This document shows positions 19,311-31,389 of a stretch of 64,000 nucleotides of DNA, piece by piece (the stretch's first letter is position 1; each line of letters opens with the position of its first letter). A model generated the notes under the pieces. The model saw only the letters and a program-made list of their open reading frames with translations, had not been told where the DNA came from and did not search any database. Origin of the DNA: an uncultured Verrucomicrobiae bacterium (GTDB lineage Bacteria > Verrucomicrobiota > Verrucomicrobiia > Palsa-1439); contig CAWEWF010000005.1 in the NCBI GenBank assembly GCA_963812605.1, positions 96,001 through 160,000 on the forward strand. The letters run 5' to 3'. Position numbers and translations under genes: made by a program.

Positions 19311-20821
19311 TGGAAGCAAAGCTGGAGGAACTGAAGCAGCGCCTCGCGGAGATCAATGACGTGCGCTCCGCCGCTTCCGTCTTGAATTGGGACCAGATGA
19401 CCTACATGCCGCCCGGCGGCGCCGAAGCGCGCGGACGGCAGGTGGCGACGCTGGAGCAAACTCGCCCACGAGAAGTTGACGGATCCTTCGATCGGTCGGA
19501 TGCTCACGGAATTACGTTCGCGCGAGCGAAGCGTTGCCCGCCGATTCCGACGAGGCCGCGCTGATTCGCGTGGCCCGCCGCGATTACGACCGCGCGGTAA
19601 AAGTCCCACCGGCATTCGTCGCGAAATTCAGCGCACACCAAACCGCAACCTACGAAGCATGGATCAAGGCGCGGCCCGCCAACGATTTTGCCGCAGTGCG
19701 TCCGTACCTGGAAAAAACACTCGAATACAGCCGCGAGTTGGCGAATTATTTTCCCGGTTATGACCACATTGCCGACCCATTGATTGATTTCGCCGACTTC
19801 GGAATGAAGGCGGCCACCGTGCGGGCGTTGTTTGCGGAGTTGACGGAAAGAACTCGTGCCGCTCGTGCAGGCGATTGCCGCGCAACCGCTCGCGGATGAT
19901 GCGTGCCTTCACCAGAAGTTTCCCGAAGCCCAACAACTCGCGTTCGGTGCAGCCGTCGTCAAGCGGCTCGGCTACGACTTCCAGCGCGGACGGCAGGACA
20001 AGACGCACCACCCGTTCTGCACGACGTTCTCGCTCGGTGACGTGCGCATCACGACGCGCGTGAAAGAAGACGATCTTGGCGACGCGCTCTTCAGCACCAT
20101 CCACGAAGCCGGCCACGCGATGTACGAGCAGGGGATCCAGCGCGAGTTGGAAGGCACGCCGCTGGCGCGCGGGACTTCGTCGGGCGTTCACGAAAGCCAG
20201 TCACGGCTCTGGGAGAACCTCGTCGGCCGCGGCCGTGGTTTCTGGCGGTCCTTCTATCCCGAGCTGCAGGCGGCTTTTCCGGTGCAACTCGGCAGTGTCC
20301 CACTCGACGTGTTCTACCGCGCGATTAACAGGGTCGAGCGTTCACTGATTCGCACCGATGCCGACGAAGTGACTTACAATCTCCACGTCATGATCCGCTT
20401 TGACTTAGAACTCCAACTGCTCGAAGGCAAGTTGGCCGTCCGCGACCTGCCCGAAGCCTGGCGCGAGCGCTACCAAACCGACCTCGGCATCGCCTCACCA
20501 GACGACCGCGATGGCGTCCTTCAGGATGTGCATTGGTTCGGCGGACAAATCGGCGGCTCGTTTCAGGGTTATACCCTCGGCAACATCCTCAGCGCCCAAT
20601 TCTACGACGCCGCCCTCCGCGCAAATCCCAAGATTCCCGACCAGATTGCCAACGGTGAATTCACCACGTTGCATGATTGGCTTCAGAAGAACATCTACCA
20701 GCATGGAGCCAAGTTCACGGCGAATGAGATTGTGAAACGCGCGACTGGTCAACCGCTCACGATTGAACCGTATATCCGCTATTTGCGGACGAAGTATGGG
20801 GAGTTGTACAAACTCCTATAG
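19310..20821 (+). CDS. Carboxypeptidase M32 (Taq-type), three apparent 1-bp insertions (~19454, 19534, 19843)
   Basis: LNWDQMTYMP, HPFC, DVRITTR, HEAGHAMYEQG, HESQSR, IRTDADE, GVLQDVHW, spread over consecutive frames. Confidence 0.9.
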
Positions 20822-20823
20822 GT

Positions 20824-20907
20824 TGTCACCCTGAGCGAAGCGAAGGGTCTCAGTCGTTCGACAGACTGCGGAAACGACAGAGATTCTTCGCTTCGCTCAG
20901 AATGACA
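20824..20907. repeat. Palindromic intergenic repeat (TGTCA..CTGAGCGAAGCGAAG family)
   Basis: tgtcaccctgagcgaagcgaagggtctc / gagattcttcgcttcgctcagaatgaca inverted pair. Confidence 0.85.
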
Positions 20908-21111
20908 CAACCTTTTGCAGCCAGGTTCAGACTTGTGGGGAAACAAGACACGCGTTAGCATTCATGCGCTGTTGGGAGCAACACCACGCCGAGGCACACG
21001 ATTGAATTATTGGACGATGGATGTGCTCCTCCTTGGCGACGCGCGTGGGCAAAATGTCACTTTGACCGCCTTGACAATCGAATCGTGGGCTGCTAGGAAG
21101 TTGCGCAACAA

Positions 21112-21246
21112 GGAGGTCGCGGTGCGTGAGTTGGAGAACTCCCGCCTATTCTGTGGAGATACTGTTCGGCCATCAGGGCGGACGGAGAGCAAGCGGATGA
21201 GTTGGGTTTTGCTTTCCTCGGCCGCGCTACCTTCATGCCACGCGAC
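21112..21246 (+). ncRNA. Candidate structured RNA (leader or sRNA) upstream of the CYTH gene
   Basis: TTGACA at 21071; 21116-21130 pairs with 21232-21246 (13/15 bp); several internal helices; no Rfam family recognised by eye. Confidence 0.4.
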
Positions 21247-21260
21247 ACGGATAATTCACC

Positions 21261-21887
21261 ATGGCTAAACAAAAACTTGAGCAGTATCTTACCCGCCAGT
21301 TTGAAAAGCACGTAACCCGGAGCGCCGTCGAGATCGAACAAAAGTACCGGGTCTCCGACGTTGATGAGCTGCGCAGGAAGCTGATCAAATTGGGCGCGCG
21401 CAGATCGGTCAAGGGCTATGAACGGAACGAGCTGTTCGACATGGACGGCGCGTTGCGAAAACAGGGCCGAAAACTTCGCCTGCGGCGACACGGGGAAGAC
21501 AAGGCCGTATTGACGCTCAAGGGCCCGCGCCAGGGCGGGATCCACAAAAGACGGATGGAAATCGAGACTCGCGTTGATTACGAGCCAGCCAAGCGCATCC
21601 TCGAATTATTGAGCTTCCGCGTCTCCGAGACCTACGACAAGCTGCGTGAGGAATACAAGCTGGGTCCCTGCACGGTCTGCCTCGATCATATCTCCCAATG
21701 CGGTTGGTTCTTCGAGATCGAAGGGACACCAAAACAGATCAACGAGATTGCGCGCAAGCTGGACTTGAGCAATTTGGACCGTGAGCACCGTTCCTATCGG
21801 AAGCTCATCAAACATCACTTGCTGCGGCTGCCGATGATACGCCTGGGTTCCCAGCCCCGGATTCGCGCAGGAAGGAGACCGAAATGA
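21261..21887 (+). CDS. CYTH-domain protein (class IV adenylate cyclase / triphosphatase)
   Basis: EIEQKY (ExExK), LRLRR, LTLKGP, RMEIET, FFEIEG, SYRKL. Confidence 0.88.
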   Translation: MAKQKLEQYLTRQFEKHVTRSAVEIEQKYRVSDVDELRRKLIKLGARRSVKGYERNELFDMDGALRKQGRKLRLRRHGEDKAVLTLKGPRQGGIHKRRMEIETRVDYEPAKRILELLSFRVSETYDKLREEYKLGPCTVCLDHISQCGWFFEIEGTPKQINEIARKLDLSNLDREHRSYRKLIKHHLLRLPMIRLGSQPRIRAGRRPK

Positions 21888-22261
21888 AACTATTGATCGT
21901 TGACGATGAAATCAAAATCTGTGAGATGCTCCAGGAGTATTTTGAAGATCATTTCGTTTGCGAGATCGTAACGGCAACCACGATTTCCGAGGCGTTGTCA
22001 CTCCTGGCGAGCGAACAGCCCGAGGGAATGCTTTTGGATTTGAACCTGAAGTCGAAACTGGGCGGATTCGACATTTTGAAGCGGGTGAAGGCGATCAGTC
22101 CCTGGACAAAAGTCATCATGGTAACGGGCGCGTGCGATTTGGATTCCATCGAGACCGCCAGGGAACTGGGCGCGGTGGATTACATTACCAAACCTTTTAC
22201 CATCGACTATCTGGAACAGACCGTCCAAGCGAAGATCGCGAACGCGCTGATGTACGCCTAG
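21884..22261 (+). CDS. Stand-alone response regulator receiver
   Basis: LLIVDDE, LLDLNL, VIMVTG, DYITKPF; ATGA overlap with the CYTH gene. Confidence 0.92.
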   Translation: MKLLIVDDEIKICEMLQEYFEDHFVCEIVTATTISEALSLLASEQPEGMLLDLNLKSKLGGFDILKRVKAISPWTKVIMVTGACDLDSIETARELGAVDYITKPFTIDYLEQTVQAKIANALMYA

Positions 22262-22274
22262 CGATGAGGTGCAC

Positions 22275-23282
22275 CTACCTGGGGTGCGGCACATACGACT
22301 TCAGCGCCTGCGTATTTTCCACCAGCGGTGTGAGCGTGTAGAAACCCAGCGCGGCGGGGAGCAGCACGAATTCTCCAACATTGATACGCTCTTCCTTGCC
22401 GTCGGGTAAGAGCAGACCGACGGCGCCTTTGGTGCAACTCAGAATGTGGAAGGTTGAGCCGTCGCAACGGTCGGGCCAGGCGTTGCTCAATTCGAGGCGG
22501 TGCACATGAAAGTAGGGGCACTCGACCAAACGCCATAGGCCATTGACACCATGGGACTCAACGGTCGCGCGTTGCTTCCTGGGTTCAAAGTCCTCAAAGT
22601 CGATGCACACGAGCGACTCCCTGATATGGAGTTCCCGCGGCTTGCCGTCGAGGCCGACACGACCCCAATCATAAACGCGGTAGGTGGTATCGGAATTCTG
22701 CTGGATTTCGACCAGCACGACGCCCGCATCGATCGCATGCACGCGACCCGAGGGAACAAAGAAGGTGTCACCGGGCAGGACGGGGAAGCGGTAAATGCAA
22801 TCTTCGAGTTTTTTCGTTCCCTTTTCAGGCTTCGCAGGTGCTTCCAGGGCGCGTATGAAGTCAGCGCCCGTGACGCCGCGACGAAGGCCGGCAATCAGGT
22901 GTGCATCCTGATCCGCTTCAAGCACGCACCACATCTCGGTTTTGGGTTCTCCTTTAAGCTTCGCGGCGACAGAATGGGGCGGATGAACCTGTAACGAGAG
23001 CCGCTCGCGGGCGTCGAGGAGTTTGACGAGCAGAGGAAAACGAGTGGCCGCGCCGCAATTGGTCCCCAAAAGCTGCGCTCCATGGGCATGGATCTGTTCG
23101 CGCAGCGTCTTGCCTTTGTCGGGCCCGTTGGCAACGACGGACTGGACGTCATCGCGGTCGCTCATTTCCCAGGATTCACCGATGTGCTTGCCGGCGGGGA
23201 TCGACTTGCCGTAGCGCGCGAGCGCATTTCCGCCCCAGACGCGTTCGATCAGGGCGGGGGTGAATTTGTAAGGGTAGAGCAT
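22275..23282 (-). CDS. manA: Type I mannose-6-phosphate isomerase
   Basis: RVWGG, GESWE, FPLLVKLLDA, LSLQVHP, KTEMW, EIQQNSDTTYRVYDW. Confidence 0.92.
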   Translation of the reverse strand: MLYPYKFTPALIERVWGGNALARYGKSIPAGKHIGESWEMSDRDDVQSVVANGPDKGKTLREQIHAHGAQLLGTNCGAATRFPLLVKLLDARERLSLQVHPPHSVAAKLKGEPKTEMWCVLEADQDAHLIAGLRRGVTGADFIRALEAPAKPEKGTKKLEDCIYRFPVLPGDTFFVPSGRVHAIDAGVVLVEIQQNSDTTYRVYDWGRVGLDGKPRELHIRESLVCIDFEDFEPRKQRATVESHGVNGLWRLVECPYFHVHRLELSNAWPDRCDGSTFHILSCTKGAVGLLLPDGKEERINVGEFVLLPAALGFYTLTPLVENTQALKSYVPHPR

Positions 23283-23354
23283 CTTTGTGCCTTGCAGTTG
23301 ACTTCAATTTAACATACACTGCGCAACCACAAGGAGGATTTGCAACGCTTTTCT

Positions 23355-25924
23355 ATGGGGAAGGAATCGAAGCATTCGGGCGTTCGTGAGATTTGGGCCG
23401 TTGTCCTGGTCGTCGCTTCTCTTTTGCTGCTATTGAGCCTGATTTCGTACGACCCGTACGATGTCGGCCACGTGGCGGCGAGCGGACACAAGCCTGTCGC
23501 AAACTTTATCGGTCCCGTCGGCGCGTGGATCGCATTCTTCACATTCCAAACATTCGGACTGGGCGCCTACGGAGTCATGGCCGTGCTGGCCGTGATTGGC
23601 GGGACGCTGCTGCTCGGCAAGGAACTGCCGTGGCGCGGGAAGCTTGGCGCCGGCATTCTCCTGCTGATCTCCCTCAGCAGCCTCCTGCACGTCGCGGGGC
23701 TGGAACGCGCACAACGCGCGCTGAACTTGCCGGACAGCGCGGGCGGTTTCCTCGGGTTGATCGTCGGCGGATTCTTCCAGCGGATTGTGGGTCGGCCCGG
23801 CACGATCCTCGTCTTTGGCGGATGCTATCTCATCAGCCTTATTTTATTGATTAATTTCCGGCCGAGTTACTGGGTGGCGTTGACCGTGGGCCGGGCGATG
23901 GACTTCTGGCATCGGAAACGCAGCAACAAATCCAAGCCCACCGTTGACGACGAATTGCGCGATCAGGAGCGGGCGTTGACCATCAAGGAATTTCAGACCG
24001 ACCGCCAGTTGGCCCGGCAGGAGAAGGAAGCGCGCAAACTCGCCACCGAGCGCTCTAATGGCTCCACGGGTGACGAGGACGCGGCGCGGGAACGACGGCC
24101 GGAGCCGAAGTTTGAGGATTACACCGTGGCACGGTCCCAGAATGGCGCGGACAAAAAGAAGGCGACCGGTGAGGATGCGCCCTCCATGGCTCAAAAGATC
24201 GCCGAGAAGCTCAAGCCGAAAAAGGAAAGTGCGGCAACCGTGGGCATCGACGCGGAAGCGGGTGCGGCCACACCGGCAAGTCCCAAACCGAAACGCGAAA
24301 AGCCCGTGCCAGCGGGCCCCGCCCCGGTGCTGGGAAGCGTCACCGCCGCCTCCGGCGAGGAATACGTGCTGCCGCCGCTCGACATGCTGGAGCAACCGCC
24401 TTTGCCGGGCAAACGCGACGTGATGGAGGATTTGAAGGCCAGCGCGAAGGTCTTGCGCGAGACGTTGCAGGAATTTGGCATCGACGTCGAATCCGGTGAC
24501 GTGACGAAGGGGCCGACCGTGACGCTATTCGAGTTGTACCCCGCCGCCGGCGTGCGCGTGGAAAAAATTTCCTCGCTCTCCAACAACGTCGCCATGGCGA
24601 TGCGGGCGGAGAAGGTGCGCATTCTCGCGCCGGTGCCGGGCAAGGGGACGGTGGGAATCGAAGTGCCTAACTCATCTCGCACGACGGTCTACCTGCGCGA
24701 TCTGTTGGAATCGCAAGAGTGGCGGAACGCAACCGGCACGATCCCGATTGCCCTGGGCCGCGATGTGAAGGGCAATCCGATCATCGGCGACCTGGCCAAC
24801 ATGCCGCATTTGCTGATTGCCGGCGCGACCGGCTCGGGCAAGACCGTTTGCGTCAACGCGATTCTCGCCTCATTGCTTTATCGCTTCACGGCGGAGGACC
24901 TGCGGCTCGTGTTGATCGACCCGAAGATGGTCGAGATGCAGAACTACAACGCTTTGCCGCATCTCATCGTGCCCGTCGTGACCGAAGCCAAGAAAGTGCC
25001 GCTGGCGTTGGGGTGGGTGATCCGCGAGATGGAGAAGCGGTTCCAGATTTTCGCGAAAAGCGGCGTTCGCAACATCACTTCTTTCAACGCGCGTCCAAAG
25101 AAATCGGTGAAGCCGGAGGCGGAAGCTTCCCTCGACCCGTTGGTCATCGAAGATGCGGCGAATGAGAAAGAGGAGGCGGACGGAGAAGCCGAAGGCGGAG
25201 CAGGAACTTGCTCAAGATCGAAGTGCCGCGTGACTTCGAATTGATAATCCCGGACAAACTGCCGTTTATCGCCGTGGTGGTGGATGAATTGGCGGACCTG
25301 ATGCAGACCGTCGGCAAGGACGTGGAAATGGCCATTGCGCGTCTTACGGCCCTGGGCCGCGCGGCCGGCATTCATCTGGTGGTCGCAACGCAACGCCCCA
25401 GCGTCAACGTCGTGACCGGTGTCATCAAGGCCAATATCCCCGCCCGCATCGCGTTTCAGGTGGCGTCGATGCAGGATTCACGCGTCATCCTCGACAGCCA
25501 GGGCGCGGAGAAATTGCTGGGGAAGGGCGACATGCTCTACGAGCCCGGCTCGGGAAAGGCCGTCCGTGCGCAGGGCGTCCTCGTGCTGGATCGCGAGATT
25601 TCGCGCATTGTTGACTTCATCGGTGGCCGCGCCAAGCCACAGTTCGAAAAGGAGCTGCACCAGAAACTGCAGAAGAACTCCACTCTCGCGGACGCGGAGC
25701 CGAGCGAAGAGGATGAGGAACTGGTGGAACAGTGCATGGAAGTGATTCGCCAGACCAATCGCGCCAGCGTCTCGGTCTTGCAACGGCGCCTGCGCATCGG
25801 CTACACTCGCGCCGCTCGGATCATGGACTTGCTGGAAGAACGCGGGGTCGTCGGCCCAAATAAAGGCGCCGAACCGCGCGAAATCCTGATCGACCTGGAT
25901 GGCCAAGTGCCGGCGGAGCGGTGA
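23355..25924 (+). CDS. ftsK: DNA translocase FtsK (frameshift ~25200)
   Basis: 4TM N-domain; PHLLIAGATGSGKT, IDPKMVE; second frame carries VVDELADLM, ATQRPS and the gamma domain LQRRLRIGYTRAAR. Confidence 0.95.
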
Positions 25925-25925
25925 C

Positions 25926-26432
25926 ATGCCCCGACATGCAACAAGGCGACGGCCCAAGACGGATCCCAATGCCACGGTGTGCGTCTTCAAGGTGGTATTG
26001 GCCGACAACAAGTCTATCTGGCGGCGGATTGCGATTCGTTCGGATCAGACTTTGGACGACTTGCACGCGATCATCTTCACTGCGTTTGATCGGTTCGATG
26101 AGCATTTGTATTCATTCCACCGCCAGCCGTTGTCCGCTCGACGCGGACCGGACTTCAACCGCGATAAAGTTGAGTACACGAGTCCGGTTATGATTGAGGA
26201 AGCTGATTCGTTCGGCGGCCACGAGGTGCGGGATGCCTCCAAAACGGTCATCGGCACACTGGAACTGAAGCCGGGCGCCAAGCTGTATTACCTGTTCGAC
26301 TTCGGGGACAGTTGGTGGCACGAGTTGACGATGGAAGAGGCCGGATTGCCTGTGGAGGCGAAGCGGCGGTACCCGCTCATCGTGGAAAGCCAGGGCGCGT
26401 CGCCGCCGCAGTATCCGCCAATGGATGAATAG
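25926..26432 (+). CDS. Plasmid pRiA4b ORF-3 family protein
   Basis: IWRRIAI..TLDDLH..HLYSF..YLFDFGDSWWH..PPQYP. Confidence 0.88.
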   Translation: MPRHATRRRPKTDPNATVCVFKVVLADNKSIWRRIAIRSDQTLDDLHAIIFTAFDRFDEHLYSFHRQPLSARRGPDFNRDKVEYTSPVMIEEADSFGGHEVRDASKTVIGTLELKPGAKLYYLFDFGDSWWHELTMEEAGLPVEAKRRYPLIVESQGASPPQYPPMDE

Positions 26433-26438
26433 CATGAG

Positions 26439-26663
26439 GTGTTGGCGCGGCAGTACGGGGCGGCGCGGGTTGTTCCAGCCCGGTTTCAGGACGATCTGCT
26501 CCATGTGGCTGTAGCGGTTTGCCATCGCTTGGATATGATTGTAAGCTGGAACAGGAAGCACTTGGCTAATCCAAAAAAAGTGGCGCTGATCAATGCCGTG
26601 AATCGGCGACAGGGTTGGGCGCTCATGAGGATTCACACACCAAAAGAGGTGATGGGGCTATGA
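26439..26663 (+). pseudogene. N-terminally truncated PIN-domain toxin
   Basis: Only the C-terminal half is present (DDLLHVAVA..IVSWNRKHLAN..IHTPKEV); first catalytic Asp region missing. Confidence 0.7.
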
Positions 26664-26878
26664 AACAGGGAAGAGAGCCTGCGGCGGTTCGCGAGCTGCA
26701 TCGGATTCGAGAGGAAATGCTCGCCGAAGAAAAGCGCGCAGGCAGCGGCAAGTATTGGGCGGAAGCCAATCGGCAAGCGATGGAGTTTGCCCGCCGGCAT
26801 GGTCTCAAATACGTCGAGGCAAAGCCGGGCATTGCAACCGCACGCGAGAAGCAGTCGAAACGATACAAAGTCCGCTGA
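26660..26878 (+). CDS. Small putative antitoxin partner of the PIN fragment
   Basis: ATGA overlap; AVRELHRIREEM motif of the kind seen in PIN-associated small proteins. Confidence 0.6.
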   Translation: MKQGREPAAVRELHRIREEMLAEEKRAGSGKYWAEANRQAMEFARRHGLKYVEAKPGIATAREKQSKRYKVR

Positions 26879-26972
26879 CGCCGATCAACGGCGCAAGAGG
26901 TTACGCGCCGCACATCCTGATTCGCTTCATCGAATACGCGCGGAAGGAAGCCATAACTAGATTTATCAGATT

Positions 26973-27230
26973 ATGGCCGACAAAGTAAAAATCTGGTTCG
27001 ATGCGGAAGCGGATTACCTTGAGGTACAATTTGCGCAGGCCGCCGGCTCCATGAAGGCAACCCGGCACGACGCCGTCATGGACCGTGTGGACGCCCAAGG
27101 ACGCGTGATCGGCTTCAGCGTTCTGGGCGTAAGCCGTTTCAAGAAAGGCAAGCCGTTGGAAGCCGAGTTGGCCTCCGCTTCCCGCTCGGCGGTTGTGCGC
27201 GAGAAGCCCCGCAAGAAATACGGGAAGTGA
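26973..27230 (+). CDS. DUF2283 family antitoxin-like protein (orphan)
   Basis: KIWFDAEADYLEV..RVDAQGRVIGFSVL. Confidence 0.85.
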   Translation: MADKVKIWFDAEADYLEVQFAQAAGSMKATRHDAVMDRVDAQGRVIGFSVLGVSRFKKGKPLEAELASASRSAVVREKPRKKYGK

Positions 27231-27366
27231 AGTTTCTTGGTTGGCTGACTTGAGGGCGAGCCTTTTTCCTTGAGCCATGAGAAAGCGTTGGTAGTATGAA
27301 TGTCGTCGGCGGTCGTAGACCGCCGCTACAGCCGCGAATGAGATTCGCGGCTACAATACGAACGAT

Positions 27367-27888
27367 ATGGAATCCATCGGCGAGATCCTTCGCGAAGCGC
27401 GGCACCACAAGCGGGCTTCCTTGGAAGACGTGTCGCGCGCGACCCGCATCAAGATGGAGATCCTGGAGCAACTCGAAGCGGATGAGTTTGACCGCCTCGC
27501 GGCACCGGCCTACACCAAGGGATTCTTGAAGCTCTACTCCGAGTACCTCGGCCTCGATAGCCAGGCGATGGTGGACGCTTATTTGCGGAGCCAGGGCGGA
27601 CTGCGGCGGCAGGGGTTGCATGTCGAGACGGAGAAAACCGTTCGCGCGCGAAAGCCGCCCGAATTGAAATTGCCGCTGCGGAGCGTCGGGCTGGTCGTGG
27701 TTGGTTTGACGGTGGCCGTGTTTGTGGTGGTGCTCGGCAAGGGGCATTTCTCGCATTCCTCACCCGCACCGGTCCAACCGATAGTGGCGGCAACCACGCC
27801 ATCAATGCCGAGCGCCGATTTCGATGCCTATTACCAGCCGAAGCCCCGACCCGCCCTTGAGCTTGTAGAGCCAGCCGCAAACAAGTAA
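27367..27888 (+). CDS. RodZ-like HTH_25 membrane protein
   Basis: IGEILREAR..SLEDVSRATRI..YTKGFLKLYSEYLGLD + TM; ftsK-rodZ-rimO synteny. Confidence 0.85.
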   Translation: MESIGEILREARHHKRASLEDVSRATRIKMEILEQLEADEFDRLAAPAYTKGFLKLYSEYLGLDSQAMVDAYLRSQGGLRRQGLHVETEKTVRARKPPELKLPLRSVGLVVVGLTVAVFVVVLGKGHFSHSSPAPVQPIVAATTPSMPSADFDAYYQPKPRPALELVEPAANK

Positions 27889-29292
27889 TATCTGTCGTAT
27901 CGATGAGTTCCCCTTCAGCCATCAAAGTCGGGTTCGTCAGTCTCGGCTGCGCGAAAAATCTCGTGGACAGCGAGGTCATGCTCGGCTCGCTGCTGCGCGA
28001 CGGGATGGAAGTGACCCAAAACGCGCAGGAAGCGGACGTGGTGATTGTGAATACCTGCGGCTTTATCGAGGCGTCGAAGAAAGAATCCATCGATGCGATC
28101 CTCAAGGCAAACGAACTGCGCGAGACGGGCAACTGCAAGGCGCTCATCATGGCCGGTTGCCTGACCCAGCGGTATCCGAAAGACCTGCAGAAGGAACTAC
28201 CGGAGGTCGATGCCATCGTTGGGCTCAACGAAGTCCCGCGCATCGGGCAGATTGTCCGGGAGGTGCTCGCGAAAGTGGAGCGGGCGTCCTGCTCGCTGGA
28301 TAATCCTGAAGCAAACGGGCGAGACACCCGTTCTACGGTTTATTGGTCTGGCCCGGCCAATTATGTTCCCGATTTCGCCGCGCCGCGGTTTCGGCTGACG
28401 CCGAAACATCATGCCTATGTCAAGGTCGCCGAGGGTTGTAATCATCCCTGCACGTTTTGCAGCATTCCGCGCATTCGCGGGAAACATCGCAGCCGGGCAC
28501 TGGACGATGTTCTCGCGGAGATTCGCGGGCTCGTGTCCACCGGTGCGCGGGAGATCAATCTTATTTCACAGGACACGACGTTCTACGGCAAGGACCTCGA
28601 CCCGCAGGCGCCGGGGCCGCGCGACGGGAAAAGTTTGCTGTGCGAATTGCTACGCGGAATCCAGCAAATCGACGGTGATTTCTGGGTGCGGCTGCTCTAC
28701 ACACATCCGTACCATTGGAATGACGAATTGATCGAGACCATCGCCGCCTGTGACAAAGTGTGTCGCTACGTCGACATGCCGTTGCAACATATCAGTGACG
28801 AAATGTTGAAACAGATGCGCCGCGAGACGAGCGGGCAGTATATTCGCGATCTCATCACGCGAATTCGCCGGGGCATTCCCGGCATCGCGTTGCGCACGAC
28901 TTTCATTGTCGGCTTTCCGGGCGAGACCGAGAAACAGTTCGAAGAACTTCTGCAGTTTATCGCGGAAGCGAAGTTCGAGCGGCTTGGTATGTTCCAGTAT
29001 TCCCAAGAGGACCATACGCCCGCGGGGACGATGGCCGGGCAGTTGACTGCCAAGGAGAAGAAGAAGCGTTACCAACGCGCAATGGCTCTCCAGCAGCAGG
29101 TGTCGCGCGAAGTGCAGGCCGCATTTGTCGGCCAGACGATGAGTGTGCTGATCGAGGAGCAGACCGACGGTGGCTGGGTCGGCCGTTCCCACGCCGACGC
29201 CCCCGAAATCGACGGTAGCGTGCAGGTCACGGGACCGGCGCAAATCGGCGAGTTTGCACGGGTGCGAATTACCGGCGCGAGCGAATATGATC

Positions 29293-31299
<2,007 letters not shown>

Positions 31300-31389
31300 C
31301 TCGTTTCGCAATCTTCTCTAATGACGGTTTGCCTCCCGTGAAACAACTCAATGGCGTGCGGGATGATGAGTGTTAACATCAAATCAAGT

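Noticed and set aside
21112-21240. tRNA-Sec or lysine riboswitch (ends ..CTTCATGCCA; GAGGTCGC start)
   Set aside because: Too long, no T-loop or anticodon arm, and the lysine riboswitch core is not matched; kept only as an unassigned RNA candidate
25190-25244. Programmed frameshift or split ftsK
   Set aside because: No slippery heptamer; one of many similar indels in the window
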